Of a DNA stretch of 64,000 nt, positions 37,962 through 50,310 are shown piece by piece. The position numbers were made by a program, and so were the translations under genes. The stretch is from Antedon mediterranea. Lineage: Eukaryota; Animalia; Echinodermata. Below the pieces are notes generated by a model. The model made no database searches, had not been told where the DNA came from, and saw only the letters and a program-made list of their open reading frames with translations. Positions within the stretch are counted from its first letter, which is position 1; every line of letters starts with the position of its first letter. The stretch is taken from positions 14,491,432-14,555,431 of the forward strand of contig NC_092679.1 in the NCBI RefSeq assembly GCF_964355755.1, in the 5' to 3' direction.

Positions 37962-37979
37962 CTCAGCATATTGCCACTG
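37962..37979 (-). CDS. MARK: MARK candidate 18-nt microexon (15 nt with the NAGNAG acceptor)
   Basis: Pyrimidine tract, tag|cag|tggcaatatgctgag|gtaaat; phase 2-2. Confidence 0.6.
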
Positions 37980-39101
37980 CTATCCAACATGGACACACAA
38001 AATAAAAAGGCAAAAATATGTTGAGATATTTCATTCAATTGGCAAACATGAATACACCAAATTCAAAAACACAATGTAAAGTTAATATGTAAAATAAAAT
38101 AATCGCTTAAATGTAAAAAAAAATATAAAATAAACCACTTGCGTAACCCAAAGTGAATTAAAAACGTTCCAATTGTACGACACAAGAACTACAAAGCATT
38201 TGACATTAGAATTGTCTATGAATCAGTCAGGACTATAATTACAGTTCGTTTGTTTTTCTACAACAGGAAAAAAATAATCATGCTTTGTACCATCACTTTC
38301 GCAGATGGTCTCAAGGGCTCTTATTATAAAGGGGGTTGGTTCAAATCCTAAATTCCACTAGCTACGTGCTTGCCTACAACCCATTGGCATTGTGAAAGGC
38401 TCTTAACTGTGATGACCCCAAATTAGGAAATTGTTAAAATCGATAGGGAAGCTCTCATTCTTAAAACATGAAAACTTATGCAGACAATCACAACATTGCT
38501 TTGTAAGGTCGGGTGTCGTTCAATCAGAAAATCTCTATTGTAGGACCAGTATACGGTAATAAAGCAATGAAGTGAGACGCGACTTGAACACGAATAAAAG
38601 ATGACAATACAACACATATGATGGATATTGACAAAAGCATGTACTATAAAACACACAAAAATATACATTGAATTATCAGAAATTTAACATGAAAATGATA
38701 TGGAATTAGTGATTAATTAATTAATAATTTCAAGCTAATTATTTAGTAGTAATGTTGCAATTGCATCATTATTTAATTACAATTTTGAAAATGTTTAGCA
38801 CCATTGCTAAAAAAATAAACTTATTATTCAACTAAAATATCATTTAAATTATGATGCTATGATGGTGTAAAATGGAATTCTAACAAGCGTAGTATTAAAA
38901 AATTTTAAAAATGCATTTCTTTGTTTTATTTAAAAACTAAAGTTTTAGTCAACTTCTTTATGAATCCTTTATGTGAGCTAAGATTAGAAATTATCAAATT
39001 CTAAAAAATTATTGCAGAAACTTTAAGATGTGGAAATTTATCAGGGAAAAATTCTTCATGCCAAATCACTATTAATGATAATAAAAAGTAAACATACATA
39101 C

Positions 39102-39338
39102 CTTCTGCTAAATTTGGATGATAATTTGCTAAAGAAAGAAACATTTCTAGCCCTGTCCATGGTATTGGTATCATGCGCAGGCCCAGTAGGTGGACCGTTG
39201 TACATTTGTCTTTTATCACGTCCTTCCCTTCCGTGAAACGTGCGCCGATTTACATGAGCACGAGGAAAAGGAACGTTGCCGGGTTGTGCGTTGACAAGCG
39301 GTGACGGATAGAATGGATGCCTATTACCAGGAGCCGTA
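39102..39338 (-). CDS. MARK: MARK spacer exon (alternative in-frame start at 39380)
   Basis: FPRAHVNRRTFHG...YNGPP...SFFSKLSSKFSRR, matching conserved MARK motifs; GTATGT donor. Confidence 0.92.
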
Positions 39339-40141
39339 CTGTAATTATTATTCAGAGAAATAACTTTTGTTATAAGAGTTCTAAAATAATAATTCAAAAT
39401 AATTATGTCATAATTCATTTATCAAACATAGCCAATTTTTAAATGGCAGACACATCTGCCATACTATACTAAATCTTTCTAAAAACACAAAAACTTCTAT
39501 ACTAAATATGTTTTTGTATTTATTTATATAAAGCATGTAGAGTTAGTAAAGCTATTATGATTCCATTATTTTATATATATATTATATTTATTATTATTAT
39601 TAATGTTAGTAAAAACTACATTTAAATTAAAAGCATTCAACTAACTGTAGTGTATGCAAAGATTATGATTATTTTATTGGGAAATAAGAGGAAGAGCCAG
39701 TCCCACAATGAATGTAAATACGTCTGAAGTTTATAGTTTATTCAGTATTTTAGATTTGCCCAACACGCCATACCACCACCTCGCCCATCCCAAACTCAGT
39801 AACTTTTTGTAAACAAACTATCTGCATCACTGCAACCAATAATGTAGTCACTCTCCCAAAATCGGAGACCATTTGGGCTGTGCCAAAATTCCTTTTTAGA
39901 ACACATTTTAGTGCGTAAAACAAATGGCTCATTTGGAGGGCTCAGAAAAGTCTAATAATGAACGCATTGAGTCTAGTGTTCTGTATGGGGCAAAGTTGGG
40001 ACAACTTAATCACAATTTATTTAATGTTTCCCCATAACAAAAAGACATACACACCTACATACCACAAGCAAACCCAGACAGCACCAGAATACCAAAAAAG
40101 GGCACAAAACAGTCAAAACAATTAGTACTAGACACGCTTAC

Positions 40142-40276
40142 CTAGGCCTATCAAGCGGGTCATCGATAGGAGGAAAGGTAGTCTTGCCCGTTGGATGTCC
40201 GGAAGTGGACGCTGATTTCTGATGCCTATGACGAGTAGAGGAGGAGGAAGGTTGGGATGTTGGCGTCGTTTGCTCT
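40142..40276 (-). CDS. MARK: MARK spacer exon, 135 nt, symmetric
   Basis: RHRHQKSASTSGHP resembles vertebrate MARK1/2 RHQKSMS; cag acceptor and gtaagc donor, phase 2-2. Confidence 0.85.
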
Positions 40277-40867
40277 CTGATTTTGGCAAGGGGTACGTAC
40301 GTAGATAAAAAATGCGAAAGGAAAGAGCTAGTGTTAGACTTAGTATAGCAAGCATCATGCAATTCAATTAGTTATAAGTTTGTCAGTAGGTGAGTTTGTA
40401 GAAATACAACACATCAATAATGGTAGGTTCCAACTACCAATCAAGTGAAGAGGACCTGGTTCGAATCATTTGATGGGTCAGGGTCTAACTTGCTCGGCAT
40501 AGTCAACAACATTAGTAAATTTTAGTAGCGCCGATCTAATTAGCTGATTTGTTGATCTAGAGTGGGAACTTATCATTAAAGATAGTTTGCAAATCCTCTA
40601 GGCTAAGTTTGTGAATGTTCAATATAATTACAACGTCTTGCTTAAAAATAAACTCTTTGATTTCAATTAAGCAAGTTAAAACAATGTGATGTTTAGCATT
40701 GTGTGTAATGAAATGAGCAAGTACAGAGAGAACAAGTGATTTGTATATTAATCACAAAGCTTGGAATAAAATGTTTAAATCAACAATAAATCTTCATTTG
40801 TATGTATTAGTATTGATGTTGATAAAATAATGGATTTAATATTAAATGTTAAAATACAGTCACTTAA

Positions 40868-42026
40868 AGATGTATTGTCCCCCTGAAAAAATATTTCTAA
40901 AAAAATTTTGTTGAATATTCCATTTTAATGTAACATAATAGTTATCCACTTTGACCAAAAATTAGATCGGAAAAAAATGTATTTACCTGAAAAAAATGTA
41001 ATTTAAAGCAAAAAATGGTCAAATTGGCTGCCAGCCAATGGATTTTTGGTTGAATTTAACAGTTTATTTTGTCATTTTACAAGTGAAAACATAATTTTTT
41101 TTCGTTTTTTTTCTATGGAAATGATTAAATTTATTAAAACTACAAAATAACATATTCATAGTCTGATTTAATTAATCTTAATTGTTCATGTTTTTGGGGG
41201 ACAATACTTTTTTTTTTTTGATTGAATTTATTTGATGCTCAACATTAAAATAACAAACAGACAAAAGACAAAATAACGAGCATCAGGAACACCCATTAGG
41301 CCGGAAAAACCAGCCCATTTCCAATGGGGTCCAAATTGCACATAACAAACAAGAGAAAATACAACATTAATAAAACTATAAATATATAAATATACATTAA
41401 AATAAAGCCCAGTAAAACAGAAAAATTAAAAGAGAAAGCAAACAAGAAATGAGAAAAATTGCACGTAATCAAGACCATTATAGTTATCAAAATTATTCTA
41501 AATATAAAATATTGCGTTCAAAATGTTTTTTAATATGAGATTTGAAGGTAGTTAAGTTGGAAATTAATTTTAAGTTTGATGGAAGAGCGTTCCAGTCTTT
41601 GATAGCAGAGAAGAAAAAAGTAGAATGAGACTGTTTATTTCCTTTAAGTAGAGGTAAAACCAGATTAACATTACGTTGGCGTGTGTTATGTGTGTGGATT
41701 GTGGATGTCCGTGAGAAATGTTCAGATAGATATGGAGCTGCATTGTTATTGACAATTTTATGAACATTACAAAGCCTGAGAAATTTTACTCTACTTTCCA
41801 CCTTAAGCATGCCAATGTCTGATAACTCCTTCTGACCAATATGAGATCGTGGTCCGAAACCGTAAATAAAACGCACAAATTTGTTCTGAGTGGTCTGTAG
41901 TTTTTGCTTCAAAACTTTGTCAATACCTTCATACCAAGTCGAAGCACAGTAATCAAACAAGCATTGAATTAAGGCAGAGCATAACAGTTTTTTCGTGTTT
42001 TTGTCCAAGCAACTACAACTACATCT
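40868..42026. mobile_element. Kolobok-type MITE interrupted by a LINE
   Basis: TTAA-AGATGTATTGTCCCC ... GGGGACAATAC[insert]ATCT-TTAA. Confidence 0.75.
41208..42015 (-). mobile_element. 5'-truncated CR1/L2-group LINE
   Basis: ORF 41493-42008: LIQCLFDYC..TW...KLQTTQNK.VRFI...H.HNTR...TFFFSAIKDWNALP..LK...FK; 3' UTR, AATAAA and poly(A). Confidence 0.9.
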
Positions 42027-43280
42027 TTAACAAAATGTCTAACTATGAAGCATATAGCAAAATAATAAATATTGGTTCATGACACCAATGGCAATATGAC
42101 GGCTACTACAACTATATCAATTGGGGTAGTTGCAGAAGCTATCACTATGCCATTGAGGTTGTAAGCATGTGTATTGTGAAGAATATTATTTTTGTTGCAT
42201 TATTCTCTTTGGTTGCTCTTTCATTTTTCCATAAAATCCGAGAATAAAATCAAGAATGGAAAATGCCCATTGTGGATTGCTTCTTGTGCAATATAGAAAA
42301 TTTGAGAATTTCACAGCAGTTATTGGCAATATTTGAATACGAAGGACGATTAAGGCCAATTTACACAGGCGAACCGTATTGAAAGTGGAAGACTGCATAG
42401 ATTGCTCTAAATAGAATCTCTACCTATACTGAGCGGAAAACGCCCGTTCACTCCACGTTGTGTGTAAATGGTCATAAGGAATAACATAGATTCTACATGT
42501 TATTACTGTTACCGCTTGTCTGTGTAAATTTGCCTTTAGGAGTATTATATTTATTACGCGAACATCTCTACCAATGATTCCTCAAGGTGCAGAAAAAATA
42601 AATACCAGTTTAGTTTAATAAGTTGTAAAATAAAAAATTTATTTAAAAAAAATGTGGGTTCTATTTAGAGACCATGTCAAAGGTATTTTACTGCAGTAAC
42701 TGCATTTTGTTTTCTCTTTAAATAATTTGTTTCCAATTATTTGGTAAGCCCCTTTTTGGTGGATCATAAACACTGTTTTATTTTGGTAAATTCTACATTA
42801 AAACAAACCTAAAAAATATGTTATTACAGTGAAAAATGTAGTTTCTGCAGTAACTGACATAATACCTTACAACACGATAATCAAAAGGCTGATAAGACCA
42901 CAAACAAAAGTATAAACATTCTCTTTATGAAGAAAACTATTGTTTATTTAAAAGAAATTAAATAAATAGTTTTCTTTGCTTTTGTTTGTTTTTTTTTTAA
43001 TTTTGTTTTTCAAAAAATTAATGTTTATATTCCTCTTTGTAGCAACCTTGGGGGAAAAATCATAGAAACCAGGTAAAACAAAAATAACCAAACCCAACCT
43101 ATAATCCAATTAGATAACATAACAAACATTAAAATAAAAACAACCATTGTGGGATTATGTAGTTATGCATTTCTAAAACAATTCCTATAATCAAGCATTG
43201 TTATCAAATATTTATTAATGTTTCCTTTTTATAAAATTAACCTTAATAGCATCCCTACAAGAGAATTATTTTTAGCATAC

Positions 43281-43372
43281 CTATCTGTTTTTCCATTGGT
43301 TGTTCTTGATGGTGAGGCATGCGCCTTCTCGCCCATAACGTATGTATTTCTCCTACTCATTTGTACATTGTT
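43281..43372 (-). CDS. MARK: MARK spacer exon
   Basis: NNVQMSRRNTYV with the conserved RRNTY motif; 92 nt, phase 0-2. Confidence 0.9.
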
Positions 43373-43834
43373 CTGTTTAAAAAAAATTGCGAAATAAAAG
43401 TTTTAAAACAAATTATATTTCAAAAATTGGTAAAAAGGACTGGTAGGTAAAACAATTACTTGGGAATCTCTCAGATTTAATTTTTCAAAACATAAAAAAA
43501 TTATTATTTTGTCCATACCCAATTAATAACCCAATATTCTAGACTTAGTCTTCATTTTTTTCTTCGTAATTAAGGCATTACACTTTTCATTTGAAATTGC
43601 ATCAATGAGTGAATATCTATTCATTTTAGATTTGGCCAAGTACAGTACTGTATATCCTCTAGTATAATCCCACCCATTTAGAACACAAAATTAGGCTGAA
43701 TTTAGGGGTGGGACTATACCATGCATTTTTTAAAGTAAATCTCAACTCCAACATCATTCCATATGACCCAGCTACTGAGGTATTCCTGGCTGATTTCTAA
43801 ACTGTTCATGGTGCATTGTGTTAATATAACTTAC

Positions 43835-44061
43835 CTGTTGTTGTCTGGACTTCCTAGGTTCTGAATTGCTAGGATTAATAGCCTGGCCTATACCAGTAGT
43901 CGAGTGAGACGCTTTCGTTCCAGGGACAGGTGTAGAGCGAACAGGTTTCCTAGAGCCACTGCCATCTATTGTTGACGCACTGGATCGACTTGTTCTATCG
44001 TGTAAACCATTATCTATAGGATGTCTCTTATAGCCTGACGCGGAAGTTCCAATATGCTGAC
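43835..44061 (-). CDS. MARK: MARK spacer exon
   Basis: QHIGTSASGYKR...KSRQQQ; acag acceptor and gtaagt donor, 227 nt, phase 1-0, fits neighbouring exons. Confidence 0.85.
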
Positions 44062-45553
44062 CTGTTATAAAGAAGAAAAGAAGAAAAAGAGAATATTTAA
44101 AAATTGGATTTTTATTTCTCATTTCCGAAAATCTGTTTAACCATAAAATATATTATAAAACAAAATAAGACCTTGCGCACTTTTTTCATTAAAAATACAA
44201 ATATATCGTGTCACTGAACATTAAACATCAATTTTAAAATATATGATATACAGGAAGTTTCTGCATTGTTTTACATATTTATAGCAAAAACATTGGAAAA
44301 AAGCCTTAAATAAAAGTAAACTGTAATTAAATAGCTAAAAGTGATGTTATCATCACTACATTTTTTTGGCAAAACTTTTTCTCCGACATATTTAAGTTTG
44401 GTGGATAAATTTAAATTGATCTGATTTTGAATATGTATAGAATATACATTTATATTATATAAATATCGGCAGCCATACTGGAAGATGAAAAAAAAAACAA
44501 ATATAAAATGTGTTATTTTTTTTTATCAATGAATTAATATAAAAAAGTCTGGCCTATGAATATAAAATCTTTGATTGATTGATTGATTGACTGTTAGTAC
44601 TATATATTATATCTATAACCTTAAAATGTGATGTGGATCAGATGAAATCATAATATAATAGCAATAAAAAAAAATAAAATACTTTTTTCCCCTGAATGAT
44701 ATCCACAACAATTAATCTTAAAATTAAAAACATCATTAAACTTAGTAGATGGTTAATAAAGCGCTTTGAAACTAACATTCAATTTCAGAAATCTGACTGT
44801 TGCAAAACGTTATTTTTTTGTTAATAATCTGGATTTACACAACTCATTATCTTTAAGAAGCTGATTAAACGACTTCAGCCATTAGTTAATAGCAAGGTAT
44901 GTTACTGAACATACCCTGGCTAGTTAGTTAGCCTGAGCTTTCGATTTGCCACAACTGATGACTGATGACTAAACTAGTTCATTGTACACATGCAAAATAT
45001 TGGGAGGCGTGTACTCACTATTCGACACAGGTTCAATGGTTTCTATGTCCAGACACATTTGATTGACCAGACCTAATTGGTCATCGGTCATCACATTTTG
45101 AAAGCTCCCTCCCATGAGGAAGGCCTTTATGGGTTCCGGTATTATTTACAAATTAACCAACTTTATTATGAGTGATATAATTATTATGAAAAATAGCAAG
45201 CCCATATAAAAATTGTAATGAAAAGCTTAAATGCTCAGCAGAAAGCACTATTTTATAACCAAAAAATTTTTTAACACTGCTTCAAATGTATTATTGGTTA
45301 AAAAAACTTATTTATTTTGTCACAAAATCTAGTTAGTACTATCAACGGCTACAGTACACACACAGCACACTATCCATCCGAGAAGACAACAATTGACAAA
45401 GTATCGAAAAAGATGACCATAAAAGCGCAAGCTAACGGAAAGACTCCAGAAATGAAGCAGAAATTGATTGTCAGGCTTTAAAAGTAACAAAAATGGGTAT
45501 GTGCATTCTGCCAACAGGAACAAATACACCATTGATAAAGCCAAATAAAATAC

Positions 45554-45622
45554 CTGTTCCGTGCATCGACATGCTGGAAAATTGCCACATAAAATCTCTG
45601 GGCACCATGCACTCAGGGAGAA
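45554..45622 (-). CDS. MARK: MARK candidate 69-nt cassette exon
   Basis: aaag|ttctccc...ggaacag|gtattt; phase 1-1, open (LPECMVPRDFMWQFSSMSMHGT). Confidence 0.35.
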
Positions 45623-45679
45623 CTTTTAATGAGATAAATAAAAATCAACATCTTATATAACCTTAGTCATCTCTGCATT

Positions 45680-46625
45680 ATTGTAATCACAATAACCATT
45701 ATCACAATTATGATCATTATCATCACAATATTGCCAATAACATGATCACAATCCCCATCACCATTATCCTTATCTCTACCAATACTATCACAATCGCAAT
45801 GACTAACATAATGACCGCAATCACAATTATACTCTCAATCACAAGTATCAATGTCACCAACACCATTACATTCAGAATTACCATTACACAATAATTCACA
45901 ACCGTGATTATTAACACAACCACTAATGTTACACACCCACTATTATCCAACTACAATCAGGATCACAATATCACCATGATTACATTATCACCATGATCAC
46001 AATAACACCATAATCACAATATCACCATGATCACAATATCACCATGATCACAATATCACCATGATCACAATATCACCATGATCACAATATCACCATGATC
46101 ACAATATCACCATGATCACAATATCAACATGATCACAATAACACCATGATCACAATATCACCATGATCACAATATCACCATGATCACAATAACACCATGA
46201 TCACAATAACACCATGATCACAATAACACCATGATCACAATAACACCATGATCACTATTTACCATTATAGCCATCATGATTGCAATCACAACAATGATCA
46301 CAATCGGCTTTATCACTATTACAATAAACCGTGATCACAACTACTCACCACAATGATCCCAATCATTATTATTACCTTCATACCTACAACAACTATGATC
46401 ACAATCACCACCACAATCACCATTATCACAATGATCACAATTATTACAATGATCACCATTATCAAAATGATCATTATTACAATCATAATCACCATAATCA
46501 CAATGATCACCATCATCACAATGATCGAAATCAAAAACAATCACAAAAACACACTATCACAACACTAAACATAACCACCATAACCAAATATCATCACAAT
46601 AGCATCACCAATGACAACATAATAT
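45680..46625. repeat. 17-bp minisatellite (ATCACCATGATCACAAT, ~45960-46255) within ATC/ACC/ACA low-complexity DNA
   Basis: Direct periodicity visible. Confidence 0.9.
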
Positions 46626-47017
46626 AGCTATACAATAATAGTTTGACAACATCCGGCTAGGTGGCATTTCAAACTGGCCGCATGATTTCAAATGGATTAC
46701 ATACATGGTGGTATATTTTTTTAAATAAAACTTTATCCAAAAAATTATCACAGCTTAATATTTGAAATAATAAATGAAACATTTAGTGGATTGTTATTAT
46801 AATGTGGTGCATTGAAAATGACAATGTGCAATATAAATACATAGATTATTATTTTAAAAAATTTAAATAAATTGTTACATGGATCATATATTGGAAAAAA
46901 AAATCTTTTTAAATAATGAGGATAATTGAACATCTTAAATTATGATAGAAAGATAAATGAGAGAAACCTTGAACACTGTATAATATATCTCATTTTATTA
47001 TATTCAATAAAAAAGTA

Positions 47018-47202
47018 CCATACTCGCAAGAATAAGTACTCAATTTAAATATGCAAATGCTCCTGTTTGTTTGTTTGTGCATCCTCGTAATTACTGTAGG
47101 CCCATTTCAAACAAGCAATCTGTTAGATTGCTTACTGCAATATTGCAGCAACTGTGTGTGAAAGGGGCTCAAGTACCTAGTTGCTTATTCGTGAGAGTAT
47201 GG
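47018..47202. mobile_element. TA-flanked MITE with a probable small nested element at ~47098-47170
   Basis: ccatactc.ca.gaataag / cttattcgtgagagtatgg TIRs with TA on both sides. Confidence 0.65.
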
Positions 47203-47390
47203 TACAATTTTATGATGCATTTGCCTTTCTTTTAGGCAAACTTGTTGAATACCCTGAATTATGGCACATAAAAGCTTTGTTTGTGGGCGCTGTGAAAACA
47301 AAAATGGTATTAGGAAACATGCAAGCAGTTTAATATTGTTGAATCACTTCAAAATGAGATTGGTTAGTAAATAAAAACACAATGAATTAC

Positions 47391-47405
47391 CTCGTTTGCG
47401 GACGC
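47391..47405 (-). CDS. MARK: MARK candidate 15-nt microexon
   Basis: Long pyrimidine tract, tgc, cacag|gcgtccgcaaacgag|gtaatt; phase 1-1, GVRKR. Confidence 0.65.
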
Positions 47406-48489
47406 CTGTGGTTATCAGCATACAAGTATAAATAAAACGGGAAGAACAAGATAAACGAACATTGTATTAGATACAATTAAAAACTTATTTATACAATTAC
47501 AACCCGATGGATAGAATTTAAAGCCCAACCTCACTAGACAAGGCATATTTATCCCCAGAGCAACTAATAATAACAACCATTTTTAAATAATTTTAATCAA
47601 TTAAGGCAAAACAGAATAGAATTTTAGACATTGAAAGGGAAATAGGATATATACAAAGAATACAAGAATACAAAGGAAGAAAATAATAATTCATAATTAA
47701 ACAAAATCATTATCACTAATTATATAAATAATAATATATAATATTTCTATTTTAATCAATATCATGCATATAATAAAATTACTATATAATTGTAATATAA
47801 TTCATAACTATGCTACACAAGTGTACCATGTATATATTGTGTGAAATTAGGAAAGCAAGATGATGTTAAAAACAAAATTGGTAAATAAGGTTAAATGATG
47901 AAAGTAAATGATTTTTGAGATAAATAAATTATATTATATAATTATAATTTTGTGATTATTAGAAATAATTAAGAATGCTGACTCGATATTCACATCTTGT
48001 AGTGAAAAAATTCTGATGACTTTCTGTAAAAGGGTCAATAAAATTTGATTCAAATCAATCAATATTGCTATAAATTGTTGCATATATTTCTAAATTTTCT
48101 GTGATAATTTGAGAAAATTGTATCAATTTGTTTACAATAGGTTTAATTCCTTTACTTTGAGTAGTCTTCTGACTGCTCTGACTACTTTGGTAAGGTTTTA
48201 GGTGAAATCTTTCCAAGATGACCTATTTTATGCAATTTTGTTATGGTATAAAAGTTTTAAATTATAAATGTGTATAAAGCGACATAATGTTGGATTTCTT
48301 TTTCAAGTAATTTGTAAAGTATAAATTTGTTTATAAATTCAATAAAAATTAAATAAAAAATAAAAACTACTTCTGTAGCCTTAATTTCATTTAATTTTTT
48401 GGTGATGAAAAAATTACTACAGACAACTATTATTTCAACATGGTTTTCATTCAAAATTTAAATAGTGTTTTCTTTTTCTGTGCATCTAT

Positions 48490-48555
48490 GACGGCCTAAC
48501 ACCCTATCCGAAGGATAAAGCATAAAGAGTAAGGCATCTTGCCTTAGGACACAAG
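48490..48555 (-). mobile_element. SINE body fragment
   Basis: cttgtgtcctaaggcaagatgcc...ccttcggatagggtgttaggccgtc is related to the SINE at 52245. Confidence 0.5.
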
Positions 48556-50031
48556 ATGGAAATGGTTAATCTCAGACCCACGCCTTCTCGTACCATTACA
48601 TCAGCTTGTTTTCTTTAACAGCGATGTATATTACTATGTTGGCAGTGATCAGTGTTATGGCGATGATTATCAGAACATTACGTTTTAATGTGACTTTTTA
48701 CAAATACCAATTAGATAAAAAAATAGATTAATGAATATTGATGAGAGATGATGAATATTCAAAATAAAAATGTTATTGTTAATATCCCAGTGCAAGTACC
48801 TCTAAACTAATTAATTATATTTAAACTGTTTACTAAGAAACAGTTTTGTGGGCCTACAGTAATCTCAATTTCTATTCTAATCACTGCAAAAGAGTTTTCA
48901 TGCATGTGTCCGTAAACGCACACTCTGGCAACCTTTATTGTAACTATAAAGGGTAAACATTTTAATAAAATTTTTCTTTAATATCAAATTTATAATCATC
49001 ATTATGGGCAATCTAATAATATATTCTATTATTATTTAATCTATTCATAAATTTCTTTCAATCTGTTAAAATTGGTTGGTTGATTGGTACAAACATAAAT
49101 AGGTTTTAGTTTCAATATTATTTCAACTATTCTAAATAAAATTCTTCTATCTTTAAAAATCTTCATTAAATTTGTGAACATTTTTTATTATGTATATGCT
49201 AAATAATTTTTGTCAAAAATTATTTGAATAAAAAATACAGAGAAGACGATACAAATGAAGTAAAGAAAGAACCCAAATGAAAAACAGATAGAATGGAGTG
49301 CAGTAAAACAAAAAAGGAAACAGTCTAATATTAGTAATCTCTGAATGATAATTATGCCTTGTTTGCTCATAAACAGTGGAAAGGTAAGTTAGTAAAAATA
49401 GTGGTCCAATATTAAATATCCTAGAATGCAATGCAAGCAGTTATTGTTTGTTTAGTGATCAATGTTGGGATGAACAGAGATAGACAAGATGGGCAGAAGG
49501 AACAGAAAGGATAAAGAGTGAATTTCCAATGGTTTCGTGGAAAAGACGAAGCAGTCCAGATTGAAATGAAATAGAGAAATTAAAACAATTACAAATAATT
49601 AGCGAATATGAATGCAATGTCTTAAGAAAGCACAATTATGCTTTATTTAGATTTCACATTCAATATTACATAATACAGTTATACTGCTGAATCCCAACAT
49701 AATGTTACGTCAGTTTTACATCAGTCAATTATTATGCCTTAAACATTCAAATTTTAAAGGCAAAGATTGTTATGGCGGCTGTTTACGAAAACATGCTGAA
49801 TAAACCTATCAATTTGATTGGCTTGCTTGTATGAATTTGAATAGCTTACGCCTTTTTTGCCCCAAAAATGTAGAAATGCCCTTTAACGCTACAATGAAAT
49901 AGAGATTTGATATAAATTTGTGAAAAGCAAAAAGCACATGCTTAAGCTTTAAAAAATTGCGAAAAATGTACAAATCTGAAGACGATGTATATTGAAAAGC
50001 AGTGGAAATTGTAAAATGTTTTATACATTAA

Positions 50032-50310
50032 AGATGTATTGTCCTCCAAAAACTCAAGATTTTGAATAGGTCATTTTTCAGTTTTAATAAAGTTAACCCA
50101 AAAAATAGTTCATTTATAAAGACAAAATAAACAGTTAAATTGAACCAAAAATCGATTGACTGGCACCCAATTTGACTATTGTTTTAAATTACAGTTTTTT
50201 CAGGTTTTTTTAAAAATCCAATTTCGATTTAATTTTTAGTTAAGTGAATAACTATGACGCGACAAAAAATGGCATATTCAACAAAAACAATCTTTCAGGG
50301 ACAATATATC
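50032..50310. mobile_element. Second copy of the Kolobok-type MITE, inverted relative to 40868
   Basis: TTAA-agatgtattgtcc ... gggacaatatatc-TTAA; internal similarity to 40868-41207. Confidence 0.7.

Noticed and set aside
42186-42398. 70-aa minus-strand ORF in a MARK intron
   Set aside because: No convincing splice sites or motifs.
45723-46627. Hydrophobic and His/Asn-rich ORFs
   Set aside because: Translations of trinucleotide low-complexity DNA on both strands.
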